A stretch of 64,000 nucleotides of DNA from a virus: the IMG/VR virus record IMGVR_UViG_3300034159_000059; one strand, 5' to 3'. Position numbers and translations under genes: made by a program. Below, piece by piece: positions 9,445 through 18,558 of this stretch (positions within the stretch are counted from its first letter, which is position 1; the number at the start of each line of letters is the position of its first letter). Below the pieces are notes generated by a model, which worked only from the letters and a program-made list of their open reading frames with translations, did no database searches and had not been told where the DNA came from.

Positions 9445-11436
9445 ATGCCAGTCTTCGACCTATCCCTGCCCCCTGCCTACTTCGTAGAGACGGAGCATGA
9501 GGCAAGGCAGTGGATGAACCACTTCCTTGTGAGCTCCAAGGCGAACAACGGTCTCGGCCTCGACTCTGAGACCAGCGGCATTACCAAGTTCAAAGACGTT
9601 GTCATCATCTGGTCTCTCTCAGACGGTGCCAACCGGATCTGCCTTCCAGCCAAGTTCATCCCACTCTACAGGGAGCCCATCCTAGAGAACCCGGAAATCA
9701 ACTTCGACCTCACCAACGCGAAGTTCGACGCCCACATGTTCGCCAACACGGGAGCGGACATCTCCAAGGCCGGAGAGTGGCGAGACACAGTGGTGCAGTC
9801 TTTTCTCTTCAACGAGAACAACCAAGGGCGTCACGGTCTCAAGGAGTGCATCCGAGATCACTTCAACCGGGAACCCCCCACCTTCGAACAGATCTTCGGC
9901 AAGATTCCGATCGTGAAGAAAGGGATGCCGAAGAAGACCTACGCCGACCTCATCAACGAAGCTCTCGCTGATCCTGTGAGACGCGCCGCCGCGACAGACT
10001 ACGCGGCCATGGACGCATACAACTCTACAACGCTGCGCGCCTACTTCGATCAACAGCTCGAAGAGATCAAGATGTACCCGGGGATGACGTTGAAGCAGTT
10101 CTTCTACGACGTCGAGGTCCCCTTCACCAAGGTTCTCTGGAAGATTGAGCGTCGAGGCTTCCAGGTTGATGCGGGCTATCTGTGGGCGCTGAAGGGGCCC
10201 ATGGAGAAGCGGATGGAGGAGATCGAGAAGGAGTTCGCCAAGGCAGCAGGGCAGCTTCTCAGTCTTCAGTCGACGCATGCCATGCGGTGGTTCTTCTACG
10301 ACTTCCTGAAGAAGGAGCCCTTCAAGTACACGAAGGGCGGGGTTTCTGGAAACATCCAGCCATCTACTGACGTAGAAGTCATGGACGAGTGGGCCGGCAA
10401 AGGTGATGAGTGGGCAAAGCTGCTTCTGGAGTATCGGGGCATCGCGAAAATCCACGGCACCTACGTCGAAGGCATCATGGAGCTGCTCGACTCCAAGTAC
10501 AGAGTCCACACCTCCCTGAACCAGACCGGGGCCCAGTCTGGACGCCTCAGCTCGTCAGACCCCAACCTCCAGAACATTCCCCGTCCTGGAGAAGATCAGT
10601 TCAGGATCCGTGACGCTTTCATCGCCGGAGCGGGCAAGAGGCTCATCGTAGCCGACTACGCCCAGCTTGAAATGCGTCTCATGGCGCACTTCAGCCAAGA
10701 CGAGAAGATGATCAAGGCCATCGTTGATGGCATCGATCTTCACTGCTTCACTGTCTCCGAGATGCACGGCATTCCCTACGACGAAGTCATCGCCGCTGTG
10801 AAGGCGGAGAAGCTTCATAAGAAGGGGAAGCTAGGGCGCGACCTCACGGAGCGGGAAGAAGAGCTGCTCCTCATGCGGCAGGCTGCCAAGGCCACTGGCT
10901 TCGGCATCATCTACGGTATCGGCGGTCCTCGCCTTGCTATGGGCCTCACCAAGATCAGCAAGGGCAAGATCTACTCCGAGGCCGAAGGCTGGCAGCTCAT
11001 CGAGAAGTGGTTCGGCGTCTTCCCCCGAGTCCGAGACTTCATCGAGGGCATGAAGAAGCAGATCCGCACGAAGGGCTACGTCCAGACCATCACTGGCCGG
11101 TTCCGCCGTTCCGGTGACGTCGCCAACATGACCAAGAAGGACGCATCCCAGATCGAGCGCACCTTGGTGAACGCCATCGTTCAAGGTTCGGCTGCGGACG
11201 TGGCCAAAGCTTCCATGCTGCGAGCTGAGCACGACCCAATCATGAGGGAGTACGGGGCCACGATGGAGCTCCAGGTCCACGACGAACTCGTCTTCGAAGT
11301 ACCAGACATTCCCGAGGTCGTGGAAGGCTGCAAGAAGAGGCTCAAGGAGATCATGGAGAACCCGTTCGGCCAGCCGCTGCTCGTCCCCCTACCGGCCGAA
11401 GTTGGAGACGGTTACTCATGGGCGACTGCCAAGTAA
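9445..11436 (+). CDS. polA: DNA polymerase I family A with 3'-5' exonuclease domain
   Basis: Exo I motif GLDSETSG. Motif A DYAQLEMRLMAH. O-helix RRxxKxxNFGxxYG-like (RQAAKATGFGIIYG). Motif C QVHDELVFE. Confidence 0.9.
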   Translation: MPVFDLSLPPAYFVETEHEARQWMNHFLVSSKANNGLGLDSETSGITKFKDVVIIWSLSDGANRICLPAKFIPLYREPILENPEINFDLTNAKFDAHMFANTGADISKAGEWRDTVVQSFLFNENNQGRHGLKECIRDHFNREPPTFEQIFGKIPIVKKGMPKKTYADLINEALADPVRRAAATDYAAMDAYNSTTLRAYFDQQLEEIKMYPGMTLKQFFYDVEVPFTKVLWKIERRGFQVDAGYLWALKGPMEKRMEEIEKEFAKAAGQLLSLQSTHAMRWFFYDFLKKEPFKYTKGGVSGNIQPSTDVEVMDEWAGKGDEWAKLLLEYRGIAKIHGTYVEGIMELLDSKYRVHTSLNQTGAQSGRLSSSDPNLQNIPRPGEDQFRIRDAFIAGAGKRLIVADYAQLEMRLMAHFSQDEKMIKAIVDGIDLHCFTVSEMHGIPYDEVIAAVKAEKLHKKGKLGRDLTEREEELLLMRQAAKATGFGIIYGIGGPRLAMGLTKISKGKIYSEAEGWQLIEKWFGVFPRVRDFIEGMKKQIRTKGYVQTITGRFRRSGDVANMTKKDASQIERTLVNAIVQGSAADVAKASMLRAEHDPIMREYGATMELQVHDELVFEVPDIPEVVEGCKKRLKEIMENPFGQPLLVPLPAEVGDGYSWATAK

Positions 11437-11717
11437 CCAGAGTCGTGAATCTCCGTCAGGAGCCCTACGATGTCTACATCGGACGGCCAGGGAATGGAGA
11501 AAGCGGCTACTTCGGCAATCCGTATTCCTCCGGAACGCGCTCTCAGAATATCGAAGCGTTCCGGAGGTATTTCTTGGATCGCGTAGAGAAGGACCCTTCC
11601 TTCCGCCAACGAGTCCTGGAGTTGAAGGGCAAGAGGCTTGGGTGTTTCTGTCACCCAGCACCTTGTCACGGAGATGTGATCGCAGGATGGCTGGAGGAGT
11701 TATGGCCGTATACGTAG
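11418..11717 (+). CDS. DUF4326 family protein
   Basis: GNPY...CFCHPAPCHGDVIAGWL signature. 19-nt overlap with the polA end. Confidence 0.7.
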   Translation: MGDCQVTRVVNLRQEPYDVYIGRPGNGESGYFGNPYSSGTRSQNIEAFRRYFLDRVEKDPSFRQRVLELKGKRLGCFCHPAPCHGDVIAGWLEELWPYT

Positions 11718-12118
11718 ACACCCTCTTCACGGCGATGTCGAAGGATCCTCACACCAAAAGAGTGGGAGCTCGAAACGGGAATCTCTGGTGCCACATGTTT
11801 ACCGATGGACCAGAAGAAGAGCTCCACCTCTTCGCAGAGAACATCGGCCTCCTACGGGCATGGGCTAAGACAAGCTCGATGGGAAGCCTTCACTACGACA
11901 TCACACCAGCGAAACGCAAACTCGCTGTGAAGCGTGGAGCTGTTGAAGTAGAGCGCAGAAAAGCCGCGGTGATTCTTGCCGCATCACGCCAACGTAAACG
12001 GATACACGTACACCATGACCAACGAACAACAGATGGTGCTGGAGTTTCATCAGAAGTTCAACGGACTCATCAGCCCGAAGCCGACGACGTTGTCAGAGTT
12101 CGGGACGAAGTACCATGA
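11702..12118 (+). CDS. DUF4031 family protein (possible C-terminal read-through)
   Basis: MAVYVDTLF...NLWCHMFTD...EELHLFAENIGL motif. Frame stays open to 12118 and overlaps the next gene. Upstream part of listed ORF 11402 rejected. Confidence 0.5.
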   Translation: MAVYVDTLFTAMSKDPHTKRVGARNGNLWCHMFTDGPEEELHLFAENIGLLRAWAKTSSMGSLHYDITPAKRKLAVKRGAVEVERRKAAVILAASRQRKRIHVHHDQRTTDGAGVSSEVQRTHQPEADDVVRVRDEVP

Positions 12119-12413
12119 GCTTCGAGTCCGCCTCATCAAGGAAGAGCTGACAGAGTACGAGTACGCTCTTGCAGCAGGAGACCTCGTTGGCATCGCCGAC
12201 GCCCTCGGAGACCTGAAGTACGTCATCGAAGGAGCAGCGGTGTCTCATGGGATCGACCTCGATCCGATTTTCCGTGAGATCCATCGCTCCAACATGACGA
12301 AGACCGGAGGCGGGAAGGATGCCGGAGGAAAGATCCTCAAGGGTCCAGACTACGAGCCTCCCATCCTCGCTCCCCTTCTCCAAGCCCAGGTCGAGGACGA
12401 GTCTGGGTTGTGA
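12015..12413 (+). CDS. MazG-like nucleoside triphosphate pyrophosphohydrolase
   Basis: EFHQKF...EELTEYEYA...ADALGDLKYVIEG, an all-alpha NTP-PPase pattern. Start chosen at MTNEQQ. Overlaps the DUF4031 ORF by ~100 nt. Confidence 0.6.
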   Translation: MTNEQQMVLEFHQKFNGLISPKPTTLSEFGTKYHELRVRLIKEELTEYEYALAAGDLVGIADALGDLKYVIEGAAVSHGIDLDPIFREIHRSNMTKTGGGKDAGGKILKGPDYEPPILAPLLQAQVEDESGL

Positions 12414-12730
12414 CCTTCGCTGAGCTCGTCGCGACAGTGGCGGAAGAGTCCGGGCTACCAAAAACAACGGTGGCGCGGACTCTCCGCTCCTTCATCGCGC
12501 TCACAAGGAAGGCTCTAGCGTCAGGGGATGGTGTTAGACTTCACGGCTTCGGGGCCTTCTACACGATCTTCCCCAGGCCTGGCCCCATGTTCGGAGGACG
12601 AAGAAGCGCTACAGGGCGACGAATCGTCCGCTTCAAGGAAACAAGACGTGGGATACTCAAGCAAGTGGCAGATCGAATGGGCGCGGAAAGGTCTATGCAA
12701 GAGGTGCGGGAGAAAAAGAGCACCAGGTAG
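12410..12730 (+). CDS. HU/IHF-family DNA-binding protein
   Basis: FAELVATVAEESGL...GDGVRLHGFGAFY...GRRSATGRRIVRFK matches the HU fold signature. Confidence 0.75.
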   Translation: MTFAELVATVAEESGLPKTTVARTLRSFIALTRKALASGDGVRLHGFGAFYTIFPRPGPMFGGRRSATGRRIVRFKETRRGILKQVADRMGAERSMQEVREKKSTR

Positions 12731-12731
12731 T

Positions 12732-13112
12732 ATGCGTTGTAGTAGATGCAAGAAAGGCACACGTGCCTGGTACGTGAAGCACCGCACTCAGCAACTAGCC
12801 TACGCAAAGGCTCGTGGCATCACGCTGAAGAAAGCCGCCTTCGTTGCTTATGGAGGAGCAGTCTGTGTGTGTTGTGGAGAGACGCATTTCGAGTTCTTGA
12901 CTATTGATCACATCAAGAACAACGGGTTCAGTCATCGTAAGGCCGTGGGAAATGATATCTACAACTGGTTGAAACAGAACTGCTATCCAAAAGGCTACAG
13001 AGTCCTCTGCATGAACTGTAACTTCGCCAGAGGACTCTGTGGAACATGCCCGCACGAGAAGGAGTCGAGACATGGAGAAGTACGGCGTTGTTCTCAACGA
13101 AGAGACGAATGA
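12732..13112 (+). CDS. HNH endonuclease (free-standing)
   Basis: Cys-rich (CSRC, CVCC) with HFEFLTIDHIKNNG HNH motif and a C-terminal CMNCN...CGTC pair. Confidence 0.65.
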   Translation: MRCSRCKKGTRAWYVKHRTQQLAYAKARGITLKKAAFVAYGGAVCVCCGETHFEFLTIDHIKNNGFSHRKAVGNDIYNWLKQNCYPKGYRVLCMNCNFARGLCGTCPHEKESRHGEVRRCSQRRDE

Positions 13113-13233
13113 AAAGACGGCGAGCGATGGTTGCCCAAGCTGCGGGACCGGTCTCGACGAGAACAAACACTGTCCGGACCACGGGACCGAGCCGTTTGAG
13201 AAGCGTCCCAAGGTCGAGCCAAAGAAGAAGTGA
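13072..13233 (+). CDS. small zinc-ribbon protein
   Basis: GAGAAGGAG RBS, CPSCG...CPDHG, Lys-rich tail. Overlaps the HNH gene end. Confidence 0.35.
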   Translation: MEKYGVVLNEETNEKTASDGCPSCGTGLDENKHCPDHGTEPFEKRPKVEPKKK

Positions 13234-13256
13234 AGTCAACTAGATAGGAGCCTTTC

Positions 13257-14534
13257 ATGCCGCCCAAGAAGGTGAAGGCGGAGGCGAAAGTTTTGTCCAA
13301 GCTTCCCTCCCGATTCGAGAGAGCAGCCGCTCTCTTGGACACGATGAACAAGAAGATGAAGGGCCACGCTCAGCTCAAGAAGGCATCTGAGTACGTGCTC
13401 CCCTTCATGACGAAGAGGATGCCCACCGGACTGCTCTCCATCGATGTGGAACTGAAAGGCGGATTCCCCTGCGGTGGCCTTTCTCAAATCGTCGGTCCCA
13501 AGAATGCCGGCAAGACCTACCTGCTTTGGCAGGTCATGCGTCAGCAACAGTTCTACAAGGGAGAGAAGTTCACCGCCCTTCTCGCCATGACCGAGATGAG
13601 AGCTGATCGGACACAGGCTCGTTTGGCTGGGGTGGCCATCTCTCTAGGAGATGAGGACATCGAAGCCTTGGAGGCAGCTCGGATGGACTCGGGTCTACCG
13701 AAGTTCTCCAAGGAAGAGATCACCGATCTGAAGAGAGAGGTCGGGACCATCCACGAAGTTCACGGCGACTCGGCTGAGAGCTTGTTCGATGTAGTTCTTC
13801 AAGCGGTCCATGACAACGTCTACCACCTCATCGTCATCGATTCGTTCGGCACGATCATGTCCGGCGCTGAGGCAGAGGTCGATTCTCTAGGAGACAAGCA
13901 GTACGGCGGGGCTGCTAAACCCATCACCCAGTTCCTGAAGCATCTCTCAGCCATGTTGACGATGGACGATGGTACTGGGAAGGCCAGAGATGTCTGCATC
14001 ATCGGAATCAACCAGATCAGAGACTCCATCGGCGACCCCAGTGTCGAGTTCAAATCTCCAGGTGGGAAAGCTCTGGAGCATGCCAAGTTCGTCGATCTCT
14101 ACGTTACGAGCGGCAAGCAGATCGGGTACGAAGACAAGCTCTACACCTCTGACGGAACCAAGGGGCGTTTCGTACAAACCGGCAAAGAGGTGAACTGGAA
14201 GATTCTGAAGGGGAAGGCCGGGATCCACGAAGGCGGCAGAGGGAGCTACATCTACGACTTTCGCACGGGCGCCGGAGACTTCTACCTCGACACTCTCGTA
14301 GCTGGCGTCAGAAACGAGGTGGTGATTCCCAACGGAACCTGGCTCTGTCTGCCGAGCCCGGAGGATCCGAACAAGAACTTGCTTCAGAAGCAAGGGAAGG
14401 AAGCCTTCATCGCAGCACTGGTGGAGGACGCAACGACGTGTGCAGCAGAGGGAAGCACGGACTCCCTCATGAACTACATCCGTGCCGAAGTGTTCAAGAA
14501 GAACAGCATCTACCTCAACCACAACTGGGAGTAG
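13257..14534 (+). CDS. RecA/UvsX-like recombinase
   Basis: GGFPCGGLSQIVGPKNAGKTYLL (Walker A in RecA context). HLIVIDSFG motif. 425 aa. Confidence 0.8.
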   Translation: MPPKKVKAEAKVLSKLPSRFERAAALLDTMNKKMKGHAQLKKASEYVLPFMTKRMPTGLLSIDVELKGGFPCGGLSQIVGPKNAGKTYLLWQVMRQQQFYKGEKFTALLAMTEMRADRTQARLAGVAISLGDEDIEALEAARMDSGLPKFSKEEITDLKREVGTIHEVHGDSAESLFDVVLQAVHDNVYHLIVIDSFGTIMSGAEAEVDSLGDKQYGGAAKPITQFLKHLSAMLTMDDGTGKARDVCIIGINQIRDSIGDPSVEFKSPGGKALEHAKFVDLYVTSGKQIGYEDKLYTSDGTKGRFVQTGKEVNWKILKGKAGIHEGGRGSYIYDFRTGAGDFYLDTLVAGVRNEVVIPNGTWLCLPSPEDPNKNLLQKQGKEAFIAALVEDATTCAAEGSTDSLMNYIRAEVFKKNSIYLNHNWE

Positions 14535-14537
14535 TGT

Positions 14538-14765
14538 ATGAGCGAGAGCACCGCAGCAAAGCTGACGAATGACGACGGACCGGAGACCACCGAAGCCCCT
14601 CGAACCGTCATCGAGGCTCGCGTTCGAGAGTTGATGCCCGACACCATGAGGCTGTCGGGTGAAGCACTGAATGCCCTGAACCACCGCGTCTCCCTCCTCG
14701 TCGACGATGCTGTGAAGCGCTGCAAGATGAACGGGAGGAGTACGCTCAAGCCGCAGGACTTCTGA
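14538..14765 (+). CDS. histone-fold protein (archaeal HMf-like singlet)
   Basis: C-terminal ~55 aa align to the HMfB fold: RLSGEALNALNHRVSLLVDDAVKRCKMNGRSTLKPQDF vs RVSDDARITLAKILEEMGRDIASEAIKLARHAGRKTIKAEDI. Confidence 0.6.
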   Translation: MSESTAAKLTNDDGPETTEAPRTVIEARVRELMPDTMRLSGEALNALNHRVSLLVDDAVKRCKMNGRSTLKPQDF

Positions 14766-14777
14766 TGAACTGAAGGA

Positions 14778-14811
14778 GGGCGCCCAGATGAGTTGGGCGC
14801 CCTCTTTTCTT
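14778..14811 (+). terminator. rho-independent terminator (gggcgccca-gatgagt-tgggcgccc + TCTTTTCTT)
   Basis: Perfect 9-bp GC-rich stem followed by a T-run, directly after the histone-fold gene. Confidence 0.65.
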
Positions 14812-14820
14812 GGGAGAGGT

Positions 14821-15378
14821 ATGGCCAAGACTCGTGCGCAGCGTCGCAGCAAGCTCCAAGAGAAGCGCATCGCGAAAGACATCGGAGGAAAGGTACAGGC
14901 CGGTTCCGGATCATCGTGGCGCGCGAAGGGGGATGTTCGTAAGCCTCTCGACCTACGAGTAGAGGCCAAGTTCACCACGAAGGATTCCTACGTCTTGAAG
15001 CACGCTGACCTCCTCAAGATCCAGGAAGAAGCTTTGTTGGGGGGAGTAGAGGCCAGCGTCATGCAGATCGAGTTCGTAGAACAGCTTGGCTACAGCCAGA
15101 AGTTCGCCATCCTCGACTACGCATGGTTCCTTGAACTTCGCTCCGCTTGTGGGGACGCAGACAAGGCTGTGTACGACGGAAAGAAGGACACCTGGGCAAG
15201 CTCGATGACTCTCCACAAGGACGAGCTTCAGGCTCACCTATCTGGTGTCAGCTCGGTAGCGTATGAGTGGGTTTGTAGACTCAACTTCCAGGACTACTAC
15301 CAACGCTCCCCTACTAGAAGCTACGCCCTCATCTTCTGGAGCCGGTTTCAAGAGCTCCGAGAGGCTTCCAACCAATGA
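14821..15378 (+). CDS. PD-(D/E)XK nuclease, Hjc/VRR-NUC-like (putative Holliday-junction resolvase)
   Basis: GGKVQAGSGSS...DLRVEAKFT resembles the Hjc G-S-G / D...ExK catalytic arrangement. Start set at ATG 14821 downstream of the terminator. Confidence 0.45.
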   Translation: MAKTRAQRRSKLQEKRIAKDIGGKVQAGSGSSWRAKGDVRKPLDLRVEAKFTTKDSYVLKHADLLKIQEEALLGGVEASVMQIEFVEQLGYSQKFAILDYAWFLELRSACGDADKAVYDGKKDTWASSMTLHKDELQAHLSGVSSVAYEWVCRLNFQDYYQRSPTRSYALIFWSRFQELREASNQ

Positions 15379-16235
15379 GACCAGTCGTCCAGCTTCACAC
15401 CATCGAACAGTGGTCGGCTCTAGACAAGCCAACGCAGGACACCATCCTCAGAGCCATCAAGATCCGAGACCGCCTCTGGGCCTGGAGGCTTGTCCATGAG
15501 CAGCAGAAGAACAGCAATCCGCCGCCAGAAGGATGGTATGCGTGCAAGCGCTGTGAGCAGCGCGGATGGGTGTATCAGAGACCGCGCAAGGCAGGCATCC
15601 ACCCGTCAGCTCTGCACTCGGTCTGTCTGCTCAAGATCTACTACGAAGCCATCGGGGTAGAGCAGGAAGTCGCTCACGAGGCGCGAGAGCTTCTCATCTT
15701 CGATATCGGGACCGCGTGCCACGGTATGCTCCAGCACTTCGGAGCACACGGGGTCTGGGGCTCTTCCTACGTCCCAGAGGTTCCCATCGAGGAGACCCCC
15801 GTAGCGAAAGAGCTGGGGATTGTAGGACACGCCGATGCGGACAACATCCTCGTCATCGACGAGATCCCAGGGGCGCCTATCTTCGAGGTCGGGATCGTTC
15901 ACGAGTACAAGACCATCAACAGCAAGGGCTTCGACAACCTGCACGGAAAACCGAAGCCGCAGCACATCCAGCAAGCCACGATCTACTCGAAGTGCCTGAA
16001 CCGACCGATCGTCGACTTTCTCTACCTCAACAAGGACAACTCCAACATCCAGGACTTCCCCGTGCCGTTCATGCCGCACATCTGGGAAGAGATGGAGAAG
16101 AGAGCGATCACGGTTCGAGATGCTGTCGCGAGCGGTACTCCTCCTCATGGCAACACCGGCTACCACTGCGGGCAGTGCGGTTACATCTACCAGTGTGAAG
16201 CGTACAAGCTCGCGCACCCAGCACAGAAAGGATAG
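15375..16235 (+). CDS. Cas4/RecB-like PD-(D/E)XK exonuclease with Fe-S Cys cluster
   Basis: N-terminal CKRCEQ plus C-terminal YHCGQCGYIYQCE cysteines. Core DIG...HADADNI...EYKT nuclease motifs. Confidence 0.7.
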   Translation: MRPVVQLHTIEQWSALDKPTQDTILRAIKIRDRLWAWRLVHEQQKNSNPPPEGWYACKRCEQRGWVYQRPRKAGIHPSALHSVCLLKIYYEAIGVEQEVAHEARELLIFDIGTACHGMLQHFGAHGVWGSSYVPEVPIEETPVAKELGIVGHADADNILVIDEIPGAPIFEVGIVHEYKTINSKGFDNLHGKPKPQHIQQATIYSKCLNRPIVDFLYLNKDNSNIQDFPVPFMPHIWEEMEKRAITVRDAVASGTPPHGNTGYHCGQCGYIYQCEAYKLAHPAQKG

Positions 16236-16238
16236 GCC

Positions 16239-16823
16239 ATGGCAGCGAACTACGGAGTCCTCACGCTGGTGCAGCCTGAGAGCATCGAGGGCGGATCTTC
16301 GATGCTCTCAGTGACCAAGCTCGCCACGGAAGAGGTGATGAAGAGGGGATTCTTCTTCCCTCCTCTGCCTCAGCAGTCCTACCAAGGAACTCTCCCTCCC
16401 AACGTCGTTCAGCTCTCCGACGAACAGCTCGGAGTCCTCTTGAACGAAGTCGCTACCTGGGCGTCATACGCCGAGACGCAGCTCTCCCTCGCCAAGCAAT
16501 CTCACAATGAATCGGAGGCGAGACTCGACTTCATCCGAAGCCGGATCCGTCTCGGCCTCAAAGCGTCCGAGGAGCACAGAAAGCTCTCGAATCCTGACAA
16601 GGACGACTTCGTGAACACCGACCCTCGCGTCCTCATGGCGCAGAGGGAGTTTTTGTTCTGTCAGGCGGTGCATGACTACACGAAGCAGCTCGTGAACGCA
16701 GCCCAGCGCGACTGGGAAACCATCTCGCGGCGCATCACCCAGCGAGGCCAAGAGATCGATCGCAACCGTCGAGGGGACAGTGTCGGCTCCGTGCCTGTCA
16801 TGTCCAGCGCGTTCCGGAGGTAG
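16239..16823 (+). CDS. hypothetical protein
   Basis: 194-aa ORF, codon bias. Confidence 0.5.
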   Translation: MAANYGVLTLVQPESIEGGSSMLSVTKLATEEVMKRGFFFPPLPQQSYQGTLPPNVVQLSDEQLGVLLNEVATWASYAETQLSLAKQSHNESEARLDFIRSRIRLGLKASEEHRKLSNPDKDDFVNTDPRVLMAQREFLFCQAVHDYTKQLVNAAQRDWETISRRITQRGQEIDRNRRGDSVGSVPVMSSAFRR

Positions 16824-16824
16824 T

Positions 16825-16932
16825 GTGTCGCTCTTCGATTGGGTGAACCTTCACCCACATGAAGCTAAGCAAGCTCTCGAACTGATCTGCGGTACCGCGA
16901 TCCTCATCGCGCTCATCCTGCACAGAGACTAG
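16825..16932 (+). CDS. possible small membrane peptide (35 aa)
   Basis: GTG start 4 nt after a GGAGG. Hydrophobic C-terminus LICGTAILIALIL. GC3-biased. Below the ORF-track threshold. Confidence 0.25.
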   Translation: MSLFDWVNLHPHEAKQALELICGTAILIALILHRD

Positions 16933-16940
16933 GAGTCGTC

Positions 16941-17741
16941 GTGTCGATCATCGTCGGAGTCATGGGACAGACCAGGGCCGGGAAAGACACAACCGCTGAC
17001 TACCTTCAGAAGGAGCACCGTTTCGTCCGTATCGGGTTGGCAGATCCCATGAAGCGTTTTCTCAAGGAGATCTTCGACTTCTCTGACGCACAGCTTTGGG
17101 GGAAGGATCGCGAGAAGCCGGATCCCCGCTACATCCGCATGAAGCGGGGTGCTATAGGTTCGTCGAACAAGAGGGCGTTTCGACAGCCTGACGGCTCTTT
17201 CAACCTAGAAGACACTGTCTACGCAGGAAAAGAGAAACTCTGGCAAGAGCTGGCGGACGAGTATGGGAACGTGCCGACTCCGGACGAGGATCAACATCTC
17301 TCCGCCCGCTACGCTCTCCAGACTCTTGGAACAGAGTGGGGGCGCGCTTGCTACAACGACGTCTGGATCGACTACGGCATTCGGGTAGCCAAGATGATCT
17401 TATCGAACCCTCGTCACGGCTATGTACCTAGCCAGGGGTTGTTCACCGCATGCGAAGCTGACGACGACTGGCCAGAAGCTCAAGGGGTCGTCTTCTCGGA
17501 TCTGCGATTCAGTAACGAGTTCGACGCGGTGAAGAAGGCAGGCGGCATCCTCGTGCGGATCCTTCGTCCCGGGTTCGATGGAGAAACGGAAAGTGGGATC
17601 GCCTTCCATGCCTCGGAAGAAGAACAGAAGAGCTTCGAGAACGACGAGTTCGACCTCATCTTGCGTAATGACGGGACGGTCGAAGATCTGTACGCTCGCA
17701 TCGAGCAAGATCTCATCCCGCTCATCAAGAGGAGACAATGA
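16941..17741 (+). CDS. deoxynucleoside monophosphate kinase (T4 gp1-like)
   Basis: IIVGVMGQTRAGKDTTADYL is near-identical in pattern to the T4 gp1 P-loop (SGVKRSGKDTTADFI). C-terminal VRILRPG...LRNDGTVEDL matches the gp1 C-terminus. Confidence 0.8.
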   Translation: MSIIVGVMGQTRAGKDTTADYLQKEHRFVRIGLADPMKRFLKEIFDFSDAQLWGKDREKPDPRYIRMKRGAIGSSNKRAFRQPDGSFNLEDTVYAGKEKLWQELADEYGNVPTPDEDQHLSARYALQTLGTEWGRACYNDVWIDYGIRVAKMILSNPRHGYVPSQGLFTACEADDDWPEAQGVVFSDLRFSNEFDAVKKAGGILVRILRPGFDGETESGIAFHASEEEQKSFENDEFDLILRNDGTVEDLYARIEQDLIPLIKRRQ

Positions 17742-17914
17742 AAGCTTGGAGACTTCTGAGAGGCAACACCACTCTTCAAATCCTCCACGTTGATGAGAAG
17801 ACGCGACACGTCTCTCGCATCACCAACCTCCCCCTCAAGAGCCCCATGACGGAAGGGGAGGCTCAGAACTTCATGGACTCGCAGTATCCGAATCTCACTG
17901 AGAAGAAGGAGTAG
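17738..17914 (+). CDS. possible small protein (58 aa)
   Basis: ATGA overlap with the kinase stop. Fills the gap to the next gene. Confidence 0.25.
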   Translation: MKAWRLLRGNTTLQILHVDEKTRHVSRITNLPLKSPMTEGEAQNFMDSQYPNLTEKKE

Positions 17915-17916
17915 CC

Positions 17917-18162
17917 ATGGACCAGCCAGCTTGGTTGCAGCGCTACTACGGGAAGGCGATGGTCGTAGTGCATCCAAAGGTCATCCTCGAAGGAAAGAAG
18001 AAGGCCTTGGTGCAGCTTCGAAAGGGGACAGAGACGGCCTATGTCCTCCTCGACAAGAACGGGCTTCACAACTTCTCCGCCCACGAAGCTCTCCATGAGG
18101 GGGTTGCAAGCCCTGCGAAGCTGGAGGAGATGAAGGCTCTACTCGTCGACCGGGATCGGTGA
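17917..18162 (+). CDS. hypothetical protein
   Basis: 81-aa ORF. Confidence 0.45.
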   Translation: MDQPAWLQRYYGKAMVVVHPKVILEGKKKALVQLRKGTETAYVLLDKNGLHNFSAHEALHEGVASPAKLEEMKALLVDRDR

Positions 18163-18548
18163 TGTACTACCGCAACCCCTACGACTCTCCACGAGTCATC
18201 AGAGCTGCCCTCGAAGACATCCTCTCCAACGTCCAAGAGGTGTTCATCGGTACGCTTCTGACCCAAGACACTATGAACGCGGCCGAGGCATCCATAGAGA
18301 GCATGCTCCATGCTCTCTATTTCAAGGGCTCTCATCTTTCGAGACTCATCGGAATTCACATCACCTCGGCAACGAGTGGACCGAGCCCGACTTTCACGAT
18401 CCAGTTCCAAGGCCTGAACGAAGACGGAAAGTGGCTCCTCACACAACTCAAGATCGACGAACCACTTCCTCCCCCTGCCGTTCTGATTCCAGAGAAGCAA
18501 GAGAAGGTAGCCCCCAAGACAGTCTTCACGAGAATCGTGGAGCTCTGA
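18159..18548 (+). CDS. hypothetical protein
   Basis: 129-aa ORF, ATGA coupling. Confidence 0.5.
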   Translation: MMYYRNPYDSPRVIRAALEDILSNVQEVFIGTLLTQDTMNAAEASIESMLHALYFKGSHLSRLIGIHITSATSGPSPTFTIQFQGLNEDGKWLLTQLKIDEPLPPPAVLIPEKQEKVAPKTVFTRIVEL

Positions 18549-18558
18549 AGGAGACACA

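Noticed and set aside
11402-11701. 100-codon upstream part of ORF 11402..12118
   Set aside because: It is an Arg/Ser-rich shadow frame across the polA end and the DUF4326 gene. The DUF4031 homology begins at Met 11702.
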